Source: Candidatus Versatilivorator sp.
GTDB taxonomy: Bacteria; Acidobacteriota; Terriglobia; Versatilivoradales; Versatilivoraceae
Length of the DNA: 64,000 nucleotides
Direction: 5' to 3'
NCBI GenBank assembly: GCA_965207735.1
Contig: OZ242296.1
Coordinates: 4,480,001 to 4,544,000 of the forward strand
A program made the position numbers and the translations under genes. The notes under the pieces were generated by a model. The model saw only the letters and a list, made by a program, of their open reading frames with translations, was not told where the DNA came from and ran no database searches. Of this stretch, positions 53,584 through 63,438 are shown piece after piece (the stretch's first letter is position 1; the number at the start of each line of letters is the position of its first letter).

Positions 53584-54297
53584 TCACTCAGCCATGGTGT
53601 GGATCAAGACGAGCGCCGCCAGGAGTCCAAGCGCGGTCGCGATTCCGGCCATTTGGTGGTCGCGGCGGTAGGCTTTGGGGAAGATCTCGGTGGCGAGGGC
53701 TGCGATGATTGCGCCGCCGGCGAAGACGCGCATCAGCACCAGGTACTCTTGTGGCGCGTGGCGAAACAGCAGGTTGCCGGCCACCGCGGCTACGACCAGG
53801 AACAGCGCCGTTCCGAGCCAGATCGCCAATATCCGGCCGCGCGGCCAGCCGATTGCGCGCATGCCCTTGGCGCCGCTGGCGCCTTCGGGCACGTTGGAGA
53901 GGAAGATGGCCCCGGCGAGGCCCGCGACGTCCCAGAAACCGGTGCCGACCAGAGCCACTCCCAATGCGAGATTCTCCGGCACGCCGTCCAGGGTTGCCGC
54001 GGCCAGAAAGCCGACGCCGCCCTCATCGCCCCAACGCTTGTCGATAAGATAGTCGATGAGGGCGAAAGTCCCTGCACCGATCATCAGCGTTAGTCCCGTC
54101 GCGGTCAGGCTAATGAACTCCTGAGCGGGCACGATCAGTTCGAGAACCGCGGAGAACATCAGGGCCCCGCCGCCCGCGGCGAGGACAAACCCTTCGGTAC
54201 GGTCGCCGAGACGGCCGTAGAGCGCCCACAGTGCGCCAAGCACAAGCGCCAGGGAGACGGCAGCGGCAACGGCAAGCAGGGTCACGGGATCTCCCAA
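53584..54297 (-). CDS. ZIP (ZupT/GufA-like) metal transporter
   Basis: LDGVPENLALG, IFLSNVPEG, multiple TMs; TTG start. Confidence 0.85.
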   Translation of the reverse strand: MGDPVTLLAVAAAVSLALVLGALWALYGRLGDRTEGFVLAAGGGALMFSAVLELIVPAQEFISLTATGLTLMIGAGTFALIDYLIDKRWGDEGGVGFLAAATLDGVPENLALGVALVGTGFWDVAGLAGAIFLSNVPEGASGAKGMRAIGWPRGRILAIWLGTALFLVVAAVAGNLLFRHAPQEYLVLMRVFAGGAIIAALATEIFPKAYRRDHQMAGIATALGLLAALVLIHTMAE

Positions 54298-54675
54298 CTA
54301 CGGGATGGATGTAGGTTTGGCAACGGTTCGGGCGGTCCAGCTACTCTCCAACCTTCTTCCCCTTCGGTCAGGGTCTCCAGCGGACGGCCTGCAGGGTGTA
54401 GCGGCGGCCGGTGGGGCGGCCCACCCGGCTCAGTTGGCCGTCGCCGGCCAGGGTGACTATGGTGCCGTCCTTCAGCACCACCGAGCCGGAATTGCCGTGG
54501 CCCCGGCTGAGCTTGTAGAGTTCGGGTTCCCAGGTTTGGCCTCCGTCCCAACTGACCCGAGCCCGCATGACGCCCCCGTCGGTGTAGGGGTAGCGGTTCT
54601 CGAAGGTGGCCACCGTGCCTCCTCCCGGCAGGGCGGCCAGGTCCCCGTGAGCCTGGCCGTGGATGCGGGTGAGGG
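54141..54675. repeat. ~535-bp diverged direct repeat, copy A (5' end of ZIP gene plus 3' end of Asp-box gene)
   Basis: Colinear with 55828-56364. Confidence 0.9.
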
Positions 54676-54679
54676 TGAG

Positions 54680-54986
54680 GGGATGTTCTCCGTCTCCTTG
54701 CTCCGCTGCGGCAGGTCGTCGATCAGCACCTTCGGATTCACCTTCTCTTGGTTGAATAGAGGCGGTCCCTGCACCCCGGATCCGACCAGTCCTGGTGGTC
54801 CTTGCCGCGCCAGACGAGTTGCGGGTCGAGGTTGCGGCGCTCATAGGCTACCTGGATGGGATTGCGGTCGTCCTCCGCAATCGCCGCTTGGTGCTCGGCC
54901 CCGGAGATGTTGGTACGTTTGGCCTTGCCGTGGGTGATGGTTGCGACGATCTTGGATTTGCCGGTTTTTGGAGTTTGCGCCAACAA
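54680..54986 (-). pseudogene. 5' fragment of a type III R-M methyltransferase (Mod)
   Basis: TITHGKAKRTNI..PIQVAYERRNLDPQLVWRGKDHQDWSD / PPLFNQEKVNPKVLIDDL; frameshifted and truncated. Confidence 0.75.
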
Positions 54987-54991
54987 TCAGC

Positions 54992-55411
54992 TCATGTTCT
55001 GAACGGGTTTGTGATGGTGACTCCGTCAATTTGCTGTCCGTGCTGCAGGTCTTCGCTGTAGAGGGTCTTGCAGCCCGCTTCGAGCGCGGCGGCAACGATC
55101 AGGCTGTCGTAGAAGCTGAATCTGTAGCGGGTTTGCAAATCGAGGCCGCGTTGGTAAAGCGTCCGGGTCGGGTTGACCCGCCAAAGAGGTGTCAAGATGT
55201 GGTTCAATAGCTGTCGAGCTTTCTCCGGCGGTGCATTGAGTTTCCGGGTAATGACGCTGATGGTCTCCTGGACGACCTGATAACTGATGCAACCGGTTTC
55301 GCTGTGCAAGGCTTGTTGGACCAGATGCTCAGCGGTCTCGCGTTTTTCGTTATCGACTTCATCAAACAAGTAAACAAGGATGTTGGTGTCGAGGAAGTTT
55401 TCAACGCTCAT
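54992..55411 (-). CDS. vapC: PIN-domain toxin (VapC-like)
   Basis: FLDTNILVY, QVVQE, FSFYDSLIVAAA, LYSEDLQHG. Confidence 0.93.
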   Translation of the reverse strand: MSVENFLDTNILVYLFDEVDNEKRETAEHLVQQALHSETGCISYQVVQETISVITRKLNAPPEKARQLLNHILTPLWRVNPTRTLYQRGLDLQTRYRFSFYDSLIVAAALEAGCKTLYSEDLQHGQQIDGVTITNPFRT

Positions 55412-55631
55412 TCATTTCGTCCCGAGTGAACTTTCGCCCTCCGGTAAATATGCTGCCCTGCAGCTCACGCATGACTCTCACGGCTTCGGCAGCCTGCTGT
55501 TCGCGCCGAACGTAGCTCTCGAGCCACAACCGAAATTGCTCGTTCAATGTCGTGTGCTCCGACACAGCCCTTCGTCGCGCCGCTTCTATCAGATTCTCGT
55601 CGGCACTCAGAGTAATGTTTTTCACGGTCAC
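55401..55631 (-). CDS. Antitoxin (RHH-like) cognate to the PIN toxin
   Basis: KNITLSADENLIEAAR..TTLN..FTRDEMNER; overlaps the toxin start; SD GGAGG. Confidence 0.85.
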   Translation of the reverse strand: MTVKNITLSADENLIEAARRRAVSEHTTLNEQFRLWLESYVRREQQAAEAVRVMRELQGSIFTGGRKFTRDEMNER

Positions 55632-55644
55632 CTCCGTATTGGCA

Positions 55645-55669
55645 AGTGTACACTTGTGTAGTGTACACT
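55645..55669. promoter_or_regulatory. TA operator: two AGTGTACACT palindromes
   Basis: At 55645-55654 and 55660-55669, immediately upstream of the antitoxin. Confidence 0.7.
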
Positions 55670-55689
55670 ATTTTCGTGTTCAGATTGGG

Positions 55690-55829
55690 TGTTTCCGCCG
55701 CCGGCCGCTATTTCGAACATCTGCTTGAACGCCGCTTCCACTTTGGCCTCGAAGTCCGACTGCATTACGTAGATGTCCGCAAACCCGGCAAGAGCCCAGC
55801 GGCCATAGCTGCCGTGATTGTTCACCCCG
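55690..55829 (-). pseudogene. 3' fragment of a type III restriction subunit (Res)
   Basis: GVNNHGSYGRWALAGFADIYVMQSDFEAKVEAAF resembles a Res C-terminus. Confidence 0.7.
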
Positions 55830-56364
55830 AGCACCGCGGAGAACATCAGGGCCCGCCGCCCGCGGCGAGGACAAACCCTTCGGTACGGTTGTCGAGGCGA
55901 CCGTAGAGCGCCCATAGTGCGCCGAGCCCAAGCGCCAGGGAGACGGCGGCGGCGACGGCAAGCAGGGCCACGGGATGGCCCTCCAAATATGGGATGGATG
56001 CAGGTAACGGAATGGCTCGGGTGGTCTGGCTACTCCCCGGCTCTTTTCCCCTTCGGCAACGGTTTCCAGCGCAGGGCCTGCAGGGTGTAGCGGCGGCCGG
56101 TGGGGCGGCCCGCCCGGCTCAGTTGTCCGTCGCCGGCCAGGGTGACTATGGTGCCGTCTTTCAGCACTACCGAGCCGGAATAGCCGTGGCCCCGGCTGAG
56201 CTTGTAGAGTTCGGGCTCCCAGGTTTGGCCTCCGTCCCAACTGACCCGGGCCAGCATGGCGCCCCCGTCGGCGTAGGGGTAGCGGTTCTCGAAGGTGGCC
56301 ACCACGCCTCCTCCCGGCAGGGCGGCCAGGTCCCCGTGTGCCTGGCCGTACATGCGGGTGAGGG
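55828..56364. repeat. ~535-bp diverged direct repeat, copy B (ZIP part frameshifted)
   Basis: Colinear with 54141-54675. Confidence 0.9.
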
Positions 56365-57271
56365 GGCGACGGCTGTGCCAGGTGCGCCCTCCGTCCTCCG
56401 AGTCGGCCAGCTGCACCGTCTTGCTGTCGTGTTTCCCGCTTTCGTTGCGAAAGGCCGCCAGCATCCGCCGGCCGCCCAGGTGCAGGAAGCCGGTTTCGGC
56501 GATCTTGGGCAGGTAGGAGTCAAACTTCCAGGTCTTTCCGCTGTCGGTGCTGCGGAAGATCACCATGCCGCCCTGTTCCGGGACGTTCGGGTCCAGCGAT
56601 CCTCCATATCCATCCAGGTTGGCCAGAAGCTCGCCGCCGCCCAGGCTGACGATGTGATTGCCGTCGCCCCCGGCTTTCTTGAAGGGATGTTTCAAGGGAT
56701 CGCCGGCTTGCCAGGTCCGGCCGCCGTCGTTGGATCGGGAGATGACCGCCGGGTAGGCCGGGTTCTCCGACTCCGGGTCGATGGGGAGCAGCCCCCGGTG
56801 AGCGTGGGCCAGGAAGATGTACTCGTCGTTGCTTCCGAAGGCGGCGGTGCTGACCGGTTGGCCCTCCCGGGCGCCGGCAAGGTTGTCCAGCTTCCTTCCC
56901 TGCCAGCTTCGGCCTTCGTCGGTGGAGTGGTAGAGGTAGCGGCCGAATGCGGCGTAGAGGGTGCCGTCGCCCGTCCGGCCGACTCGCCCCGTCAGCTTCC
57001 AGGGCGACTTGGGAACCGGCAGCCGCAGCCGCTGGGCGGGCAGGGTTCCCAGCTTGCGATAGATGGCTCGCATGGCTCCCAGGGTGGTCAGGGGAGATTC
57101 CAGCGCCCACTTGCCGGCCGATTGCCAGTAGGGATCGGCCTCCAGCACCTCGATCGGATAGTCGAGCGACGGGTCCTCACGGCTCTCGAGGGTTTGGGCC
57201 CGGCCGGGGGAGGCGGCAATGGTGAAGACCAGTGCGCCAAGGAAAATAGCAAGGATAGTTTGGTGTCTCAT
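56030..57271 (-). CDS. Secreted BNR/Asp-box (sialidase-like) beta-propeller protein
   Basis: Signal peptide MRHQTILAIFLG; five S-x-D-x-G-x-x-W boxes. Confidence 0.85.
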   Translation of the reverse strand: MRHQTILAIFLGALVFTIAASPGRAQTLESREDPSLDYPIEVLEADPYWQSAGKWALESPLTTLGAMRAIYRKLGTLPAQRLRLPVPKSPWKLTGRVGRTGDGTLYAAFGRYLYHSTDEGRSWQGRKLDNLAGAREGQPVSTAAFGSNDEYIFLAHAHRGLLPIDPESENPAYPAVISRSNDGGRTWQAGDPLKHPFKKAGGDGNHIVSLGGGELLANLDGYGGSLDPNVPEQGGMVIFRSTDSGKTWKFDSYLPKIAETGFLHLGGRRMLAAFRNESGKHDSKTVQLADSEDGGRTWHSRRPLTRMYGQAHGDLAALPGGGVVATFENRYPYADGGAMLARVSWDGGQTWEPELYKLSRGHGYSGSVVLKDGTIVTLAGDGQLSRAGRPTGRRYTLQALRWKPLPKGKRAGE

Positions 57272-57389
57272 GGGGGAACATTTTTCAGAATGCAGTGATA
57301 TTGTCAAGTGGGAGGGGGAATGGGAGGTGGAACCATTCCTTGCACAGTGATATGGGAACGGCGCCGTTGTCGGTTCATCGAGGTGGGCT

Positions 57390-57795
57390 ACAGGCTGATT
57401 GCAGGAATAAGGATGCGGGCGAGACGCCCGCGCTCCCGGGGGGGGGCATCGTCCACATATTAAACCGGGAACATGGTTTACATCGTGCCCGGGAATCGGG
57501 CAAGGCGCCTGATGCAAGCCTCAAGAATCACTCCCCCCTTGAGGGGGAGTCGGCAAGACAAGGGCGGAGCCCGCCGTCGAGCCGGAGGGGGGCCAACGCG
57601 GCGTTCCGAAAGTGAGAGTCAGCGTTGCGTCGGTGGTGCAGGGCGCCAGCCCGGGCGTCTGGCCCGCACAAGACCCGGCATGATGGAAGAGATCCCCGTA
57701 AAGGCGGGTTCGGTGCGCATTGTAAGGGTGTGCCGTGGTCCGCAGGCTGATTGCAGGAATAAGGATGCGGGCGGGACGCCCGCGCTCCCGGGGGG
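57390..57795. repeat. Inverted copy of the 350-bp composite unit plus the start of the next unit
   Basis: Reverse complement of ~24301-24705. Confidence 0.88.
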
Positions 57796-57886
57796 CGTCA
57801 TCTCATGCGGCGCTTCTCAAGGGTTGAGTGGTTGTGGGGTATAGACTGGAATCATCCCTTACACCGAGGCTGATGGAGGCGTCACT

Positions 57887-59383
57887 GTGAACATCGCCAG
57901 GCTTCCGAGGGATCGGCCGGCAGTTTTTTCTTTCAAGAGCGTCTTGGTTTCGCTTGGGCTGGTTTTCTGCTGCGTCCGGATGATGTTTGCTCCCGATCCT
58001 CCCCTGTCCATTGGACAGGAGAAGCAGTTGCTGGTCGATGACCATGTCGTGGCTTTCACCTCGGGGCTCGATCGCCGGCTTGGGGAGGTGGTCAAACATC
58101 CCCGACCGGTGCTGCTGCCGGACCGGCGCTGGGATAATCCCTCGGCCTTTGGCGGTTACTTGACGGTTCTGCGCGACCAGCCGGGCGACAGGTTTCAGAT
58201 GTGGTATGGGGCCGGGGAAGAGAAGGGGATCGGCTATGCGGAGTCCGAGGACGGAATCCATTGGACCAGGCCTCGTGTCTCTTCCGACGGCAAGTCGAAC
58301 ATTGTCTTCGACGCCAGGGGGCACATGAGTGTCTTCATCGATCCCCATGAGACCGACCTGCGCCACCGTTACAAAGCGGCCTACTATGGTCCTGGAGTCA
58401 GGGCCGCCCTGGCCCACTCGGCCGACGGCATTCAATGGAGCAGCTATAACCAGGGCCAACCGGTCACCGGCAGGGCGGCCGACACCCACAACCAGATCCT
58501 GTGGGATCCGCTGGCGCGGGTGTACCGTCTCTACACCCGCAGCGACTTCGGAGACGATGACGTCAATGAGTGGAGGGGCACCCGCTCCATGGTCAACCCC
58601 GACGTGAAGGCCGACCCGACCGGCTGGACGACGGTGAGAAGCTGGAAGTTCGACCGTGAGGGAGCGAGTGAGCGGTGGCGCCGCCAGATCTACGGGCTGA
58701 CCGACTGGATTTACCAGGGGCTGCATTTCGCCCTGATGAGCGTCTACGAGTTTCCGCCCAGGGCGATTCCGCCGCCCTACGCCGACAAGCCCGACTACCG
58801 CACCCGCCACCAGCGGGACATCATGAACTTCTACATTGCGACCAGCCGGGATGGCGACGACTGGGACCTCGGCTGGGTCTACGACGGCAAGCCCATGGTC
58901 CGGCGGGGTCCGGAGGGATCGTTCGACAAGGACATGATCATGCCGGCCTCCCAGGTTGTGACCTGGAAGGATCGTCATTGGATCTATTACGGCGCCGGCA
59001 ATGAACGCCACTGGTGCCTGAAGCGATGGAATGTCATCGGATTAGCCACGCTGCCGCTGGATCGATGGGTGGCTCTGGCTGCCGCCGAAGAGGGGGGCGA
59101 GCTGGTCACCAGGCCGTTCCGGCTGGAGGGAGATCATCTCGAGGTCAATGTGGATGCGCGGCACGGCGAATTCCGCGCCGAAGTGCTCGACCCGAATCGG
59201 GGGGCTATCGAGGGCTTCGGGCGGGATGAGGCCAAGCGATACGCCGGGGTGGATGAGTTGCGGCTTCGGCCCGGTTGGAAGCGGTTTCCCGACCTGAAGC
59301 GACTGCGGGGCAGGGTGGTCCAACTAAAGTTCCACCTGAGGCAGGCCAGGTTGTACGCTTTTCAGATTCGAAGTGACGGGTGA
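57887..59383 (+). CDS. Hypothetical glycosidase-like beta-propeller protein
   Basis: QLLVDD, YAESEDGIHW, SADGIQW, TSRDGDDW, LVTRPF..LEVNVDA..LYAFQ. Confidence 0.75.
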   Translation: MNIARLPRDRPAVFSFKSVLVSLGLVFCCVRMMFAPDPPLSIGQEKQLLVDDHVVAFTSGLDRRLGEVVKHPRPVLLPDRRWDNPSAFGGYLTVLRDQPGDRFQMWYGAGEEKGIGYAESEDGIHWTRPRVSSDGKSNIVFDARGHMSVFIDPHETDLRHRYKAAYYGPGVRAALAHSADGIQWSSYNQGQPVTGRAADTHNQILWDPLARVYRLYTRSDFGDDDVNEWRGTRSMVNPDVKADPTGWTTVRSWKFDREGASERWRRQIYGLTDWIYQGLHFALMSVYEFPPRAIPPPYADKPDYRTRHQRDIMNFYIATSRDGDDWDLGWVYDGKPMVRRGPEGSFDKDMIMPASQVVTWKDRHWIYYGAGNERHWCLKRWNVIGLATLPLDRWVALAAAEEGGELVTRPFRLEGDHLEVNVDARHGEFRAEVLDPNRGAIEGFGRDEAKRYAGVDELRLRPGWKRFPDLKRLRGRVVQLKFHLRQARLYAFQIRSDG

Positions 59384-59469
59384 GAGATTGCTTTTTAGGA
59401 AACGCTTCAGGGTACAGGCTGCGCTGGGTCCGTTCGGGCCTGTTTGAGACCGAACGCCGGGTGTGATTG

Positions 59470-59899
59470 CTGCCGCCGCCTACGCGGCTCGGGGTTGGGA
59501 TCCGTTTTCCATGGGCTTACGCCCACGGCTACCTGCTGACGCCGCTTCGCGGCTCGATTGGAATCCCCGGGCTGGCGCCCGGGGATCAAGTATTCTTTCC
59601 TGAGGAAACACGGATACACAGGATAGATAGGATAAACAGGGCGAGAAGCCGCTGCACGCGAAGCTGGCTCGAAGCACTGCGGGTGCCCGGGATTACGGGA
59701 CAACCGGCTCCCAGGAATAATCCTGTAAATCCTGTTTATTCATGTAAAGAATTCATGTCGATAAGGGATCGACGCATGCTCGACGCGGAAACCGAGCGCG
59801 GCGTCGGGGTATCGGGCGTAGCGGCCCCACGTGCTGTCGCCGCCTACGCTGCTCGGAGGGAGGGGCACTCGTATCCATGGGCTTACGCCCACGGCTAAG
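59470..59899. repeat. Mosaic repeat cluster (module D, CCCGGGCTGGCGCCCGGG, ACAGGAT/ATCCTGT pair, interrupted module D)
   Basis: Modules shared with 3257, 18045, 25175 and 61865. Confidence 0.75.
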
Positions 59900-61828
59900 C
59901 CGAAGTTCCTCCCATTTTACACCCAAAAAATCGCCTTAAGCCATTTGTTTTCTTGGGGAAGAGGATTGAGGCGTGTGGAGTGTTGTTCCCATGTATATGA
60001 TTAGCATTTATCTTGACATGATAGTTGTATGTGATATCGTAGTCCCATGTACGTCGAAACCGTCCCCAACCGCAACTCTCCCCCTGCCATCCTCCTGCGC
60101 GAAGGCCGCCGTGAGGGTAAAAAGGTCCATAAACGCACCCTGGCCAATCTCTCCCATTGGCCCAAGGACAAGATCGAGCGCCTCCGGCGCGTGCTCAAGA
60201 ACGAACCCCTGGTCCATCCCGACCAACTCTTCGCCATCGAACGCTCCCTGCCTCATGGCCACGTCGAGTTGCTGCTGGAAGTGGTGCGGCAGCTGAAGCT
60301 GCCGGCGCTGATCGATTCCCGACCCTCTCCCCAACGGGACCGGGTCTTGGCCATGATCCTGCAGCGTCTGCTCTATCCGGCCTCCAAGCTGGCCACCACC
60401 CGTCTTTGGCACACCACCACGTTGGGTGAGGAACTGTCCCTTGAGGACACCGACGAGGACGATCTCTATGAGGCCATGGACTGGTTGCTGGAGCGTCAGG
60501 ACCGGATTGAGCGCAAGCTGGCCAAGCGGCACCTGGCGGAAGGGGATGCGGTGCTCTATGACGTCAGCAGCAGTTACTACGAAGGCCAGACCTGCTCGCT
60601 GATGCAGTTCGGCCACAACCGGGACGGCAGGCGGGACCGGCCCATGGTGGTCTACGGGGTGCTGGCCGACCAGATGGGGCGGCCGCTGTCGGTGCAGGCC
60701 TATGCCGGCAACACGGGGGATCCGACCACGGTGGGGGATCAGGTGGAGAAGGTGCGGGGTCGGTTTGGTCTGGAGCGGGTGGTGCTGGTGGGGGACCGCG
60801 GGCTGCTGACCGAGACGCAGATCAGCCATCTGAAGCGTCATCCGGGAGTGGGGTGGGTCTCAGCCCTGCGCCACCACCAGATACGCCGTCTGGTGGAGAG
60901 CGAGGCGGTTCAGCTCTCCCTGTTCGACGAGCGTCATCTGGCCGAAGTCCGCAGCCCGGACTATCCGGGCGAGAGGCTCATCGTCTGCCACAACCCGCTG
61001 CTGGCCGAGCATCGGCGGCGGAAGCGGGAGGCTTTGCTGACAGCCACCGAGGAGGCGCTGGCCGGAATCGCCCGCCAGGTGGCCAGACGGACCCGCACGC
61101 CCTTGTCGGCGACCGAGATCGCCGAGAAAGTCGGCCGGGTCAAGAACCGCTTCCAGGTGGCCAAACACTTCCGGACCCAGATCGCAGACGGGTCCTTCCA
61201 CTATGAACGGCGCACCGACGCCATCATCCGGGAGGCGCAACTGGACGGGTTCTACATGCTGAGGACCAGCGAGCCAGCCGATCGCCTGCCAACAGCCGCG
61301 GTGGTGCGCCGCTACAAGGACCTGACGCGGGTGGAGCGGGCCTTCCGCTCCCTCAAGACCGTCGACCTGCACATCCGCCCCATCCGTCATCGGGTGGAGA
61401 GCCGGGTGCGGGCTCATCTGTTCCTGTGCCTGCTGGCCTATTACGTTCAGTGGCATCTGCGGCTGGCCCTGGCTCCGTTGCTGTTCGATGACGAGGAGTT
61501 GGAAGCGGAACGGGCACGGCGAGACCCGGTGCTGGCGGCCCAGCCGTCGGACTCCGCCAAACGGAAGAAGAGCAAACGCCTCACCGAGGACGGCTTGCCG
61601 CTGCAGAGCCTGGAGACGTTGATGGCGCAGATGGCGACGCGGGCCCGCCACCAGTGCCGATTGCCCTCCGAACCCGATGGTCCGCGAGTCCAGCGATTGA
61701 CCGAGCCGACCCCGCTACAGCAAAGGGCCTTCGAGCTCATCAGGATGTTCCCAGGCAAGACAACCTGAGATTCCTGATTGATGATTGAAGATAAAGGAGT
61801 TATCTTGTCGGTGGGTCAGGAACTTCGG
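59900..61828 (+). mobile_element. IS1634-family insertion sequence, copy 2 (1929 bp)
   Basis: Same IRs as copy 1; 6-bp target duplication GCTAAG at 59894-59899 and 61829-61834. Confidence 0.92.
60047..61768 (+). CDS. IS1634-family DDE transposase
   Basis: Near-identical to 27205..28926 (differences LLHP/LLYP, VENR/VESR, NKRLSQ/SKRLTE). Confidence 0.93.
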   Translation: MYVETVPNRNSPPAILLREGRREGKKVHKRTLANLSHWPKDKIERLRRVLKNEPLVHPDQLFAIERSLPHGHVELLLEVVRQLKLPALIDSRPSPQRDRVLAMILQRLLYPASKLATTRLWHTTTLGEELSLEDTDEDDLYEAMDWLLERQDRIERKLAKRHLAEGDAVLYDVSSSYYEGQTCSLMQFGHNRDGRRDRPMVVYGVLADQMGRPLSVQAYAGNTGDPTTVGDQVEKVRGRFGLERVVLVGDRGLLTETQISHLKRHPGVGWVSALRHHQIRRLVESEAVQLSLFDERHLAEVRSPDYPGERLIVCHNPLLAEHRRRKREALLTATEEALAGIARQVARRTRTPLSATEIAEKVGRVKNRFQVAKHFRTQIADGSFHYERRTDAIIREAQLDGFYMLRTSEPADRLPTAAVVRRYKDLTRVERAFRSLKTVDLHIRPIRHRVESRVRAHLFLCLLAYYVQWHLRLALAPLLFDDEELEAERARRDPVLAAQPSDSAKRKKSKRLTEDGLPLQSLETLMAQMATRARHQCRLPSEPDGPRVQRLTEPTPLQQRAFELIRMFPGKTT

Positions 61829-61979
61829 GCTAAGTGCTGCCGCGGCTTCGCCGCTCCACTCGATCCCGGGCTGGCGCCCGGGAATCATTCAAGAATTCCT
61901 ATCCATCCGGAGTGACGTGGTTTTTGGGAGGGAGACCTATCAGGCCCCGGGCTGGCGCCCGGGGTTTTCTTTTTGGTTG

Positions 61980-62022
61980 TTCTTCGTGGCCCTTCGTCGT
62001 CCTTCGTGCCCCTTCGTGGATT
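61980..62022 (-). repeat. CACGAAG-type module F (uninterrupted copy)
   Basis: Reverse complement reads ATCCACGAAGGGGCACGAAGGACGACGAAGGGCCACGAAGAAC. Confidence 0.8.
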
Positions 62023-62034
62023 TCTCTTTTTCCT

Positions 62035-63405
62035 TTACCTGACCCCGGTGACGATCTCCTTGACCACTTTGCCGCCGACGTCGGTCAGGCGGAAGTCGCG
62101 GCCGCTGTGGCGGAAGGTGAGCTTGGTGTGGTCCAGGCCGAGCTGATGCAGCAGGGTGGCGTGGAGATCGTGCATGTGGACCGGTTTGTCGGCCGCGGCG
62201 AAACCGAAGTCGTCGGTGGCGCCGTAGGCCATGCCTCCCCGGAAGCCCCCGCCGGCCAGCAGGACCGTAAAGCCGCGGTTGTTGTGCCCCCGGCCGTAGT
62301 AGACCCCGTCCCGGGTCGGCAATCTGCCGAATTCTCCGCCCACCATGACGATGGTGTCCTCCAGCAGTCCCAGCGTCTTGAGGTCGCCGATCAGGGAAGC
62401 GATGGGCCCGTCGGATAAAGCCGCCAGGTCGCGTTGGTCGAAGATGTTGGCGTGGCTGTCCCAGGGGTTGCGGTTCCCGAAGAACACCTGGACCACCCGC
62501 ACCCCTCGTTCCAGAAGTCGCCTGGCCATCAGGCAGCCGCGGGAGAAGTAGCCGTCTCCGTACCGGTCCCGGGTGGCCTGGCTCTCCTTGCGCACGTCGA
62601 AGGCGTCCAGGGCCTCGGTCTGCATGCGGAAGGCCAGCTCCATGGACTGGATGCTGGCTTCCAGTTCGGGGCTCTCTCCTTCCCGGGACATGTCCAGCCG
62701 GTTGAGGCGGGACAAGAGATCGAGCTGGCGGCGCTGCTCCGGGTGGCCGTGCCGGCTCCCCTGGATGTAGTGAACGAGCTTGGCCGGGTCCAGCTCGTCC
62801 CGATTGCGCAGGTGAGCCCCCTGGTGGATGGCCGGAAGGAAACCCGACGTCCACAACTGGGCTCCCATGACCGGCAGGCCGGGGCAGAGGACGATAAATC
62901 CGGGCAGGTTATGGTTGTCGCTGCCCAACCCATAGGTGATCCAGGATCCCATGGAGGGATGGCCGGCGGTCAGGTGACCGCTGTTCATCTGCAGCAGGCT
63001 GATGCCGTGACCCGAGCTGTCGCCGTGCATGGAACGAACGACGCAGCAGTCGTCGATCAAGCGGGCCAGCTTGGGAAAGATCTCGCTGACTTCCAGTCCG
63101 CTTTGGCCGTGGGGCTGGAATCGAAAGGGCGATTTCATCAGGATGCCCTTGGCGTTTTCCAGCTTCATGCTTTCGGGAACGGTTTGCCCGTCGTACTTGG
63201 CAAGCATGGGCTTGGGGTCGAAGGTGTCCACGTGGGAGGGCCCGCCGTTGAGGCACAGGTAGACCATCCGCTTGGCCTTGGCGGGAAAGTGAAGTCCTGG
63301 AGCGGCCCCGGCCTCTCGGACAAGGCCTGTCCTGGACAGCAGATGGGCCAGCGAAAGCAGGCCGAACCCGCTTCCCAGATTCTTCAGTGCCTGGCGACGA
63401 TTCAT
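62035..63405 (-). CDS. DUF1501 domain-containing protein (Tat-like signal)
   Basis: HFPAKAKR, GGPSHVDTFDPKP, PSMGSWITYGLG, WDSH, GEFGRLP, GRDFRLTDVGG. Confidence 0.92.
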   Translation of the reverse strand: MNRRQALKNLGSGFGLLSLAHLLSRTGLVREAGAAPGLHFPAKAKRMVYLCLNGGPSHVDTFDPKPMLAKYDGQTVPESMKLENAKGILMKSPFRFQPHGQSGLEVSEIFPKLARLIDDCCVVRSMHGDSSGHGISLLQMNSGHLTAGHPSMGSWITYGLGSDNHNLPGFIVLCPGLPVMGAQLWTSGFLPAIHQGAHLRNRDELDPAKLVHYIQGSRHGHPEQRRQLDLLSRLNRLDMSREGESPELEASIQSMELAFRMQTEALDAFDVRKESQATRDRYGDGYFSRGCLMARRLLERGVRVVQVFFGNRNPWDSHANIFDQRDLAALSDGPIASLIGDLKTLGLLEDTIVMVGGEFGRLPTRDGVYYGRGHNNRGFTVLLAGGGFRGGMAYGATDDFGFAAADKPVHMHDLHATLLHQLGLDHTKLTFRHSGRDFRLTDVGGKVVKEIVTGVR

Positions 63406-63438
63406 GGCAATCTCCCGCACCGGCAGACGCCGGCGTCC

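Noticed and set aside
54141-56364. Diverged duplicate as a DGR template/variable repeat
   Set aside because: It spans two genes and an intergenic region, and differences include indels and all base types rather than being adenine-specific.
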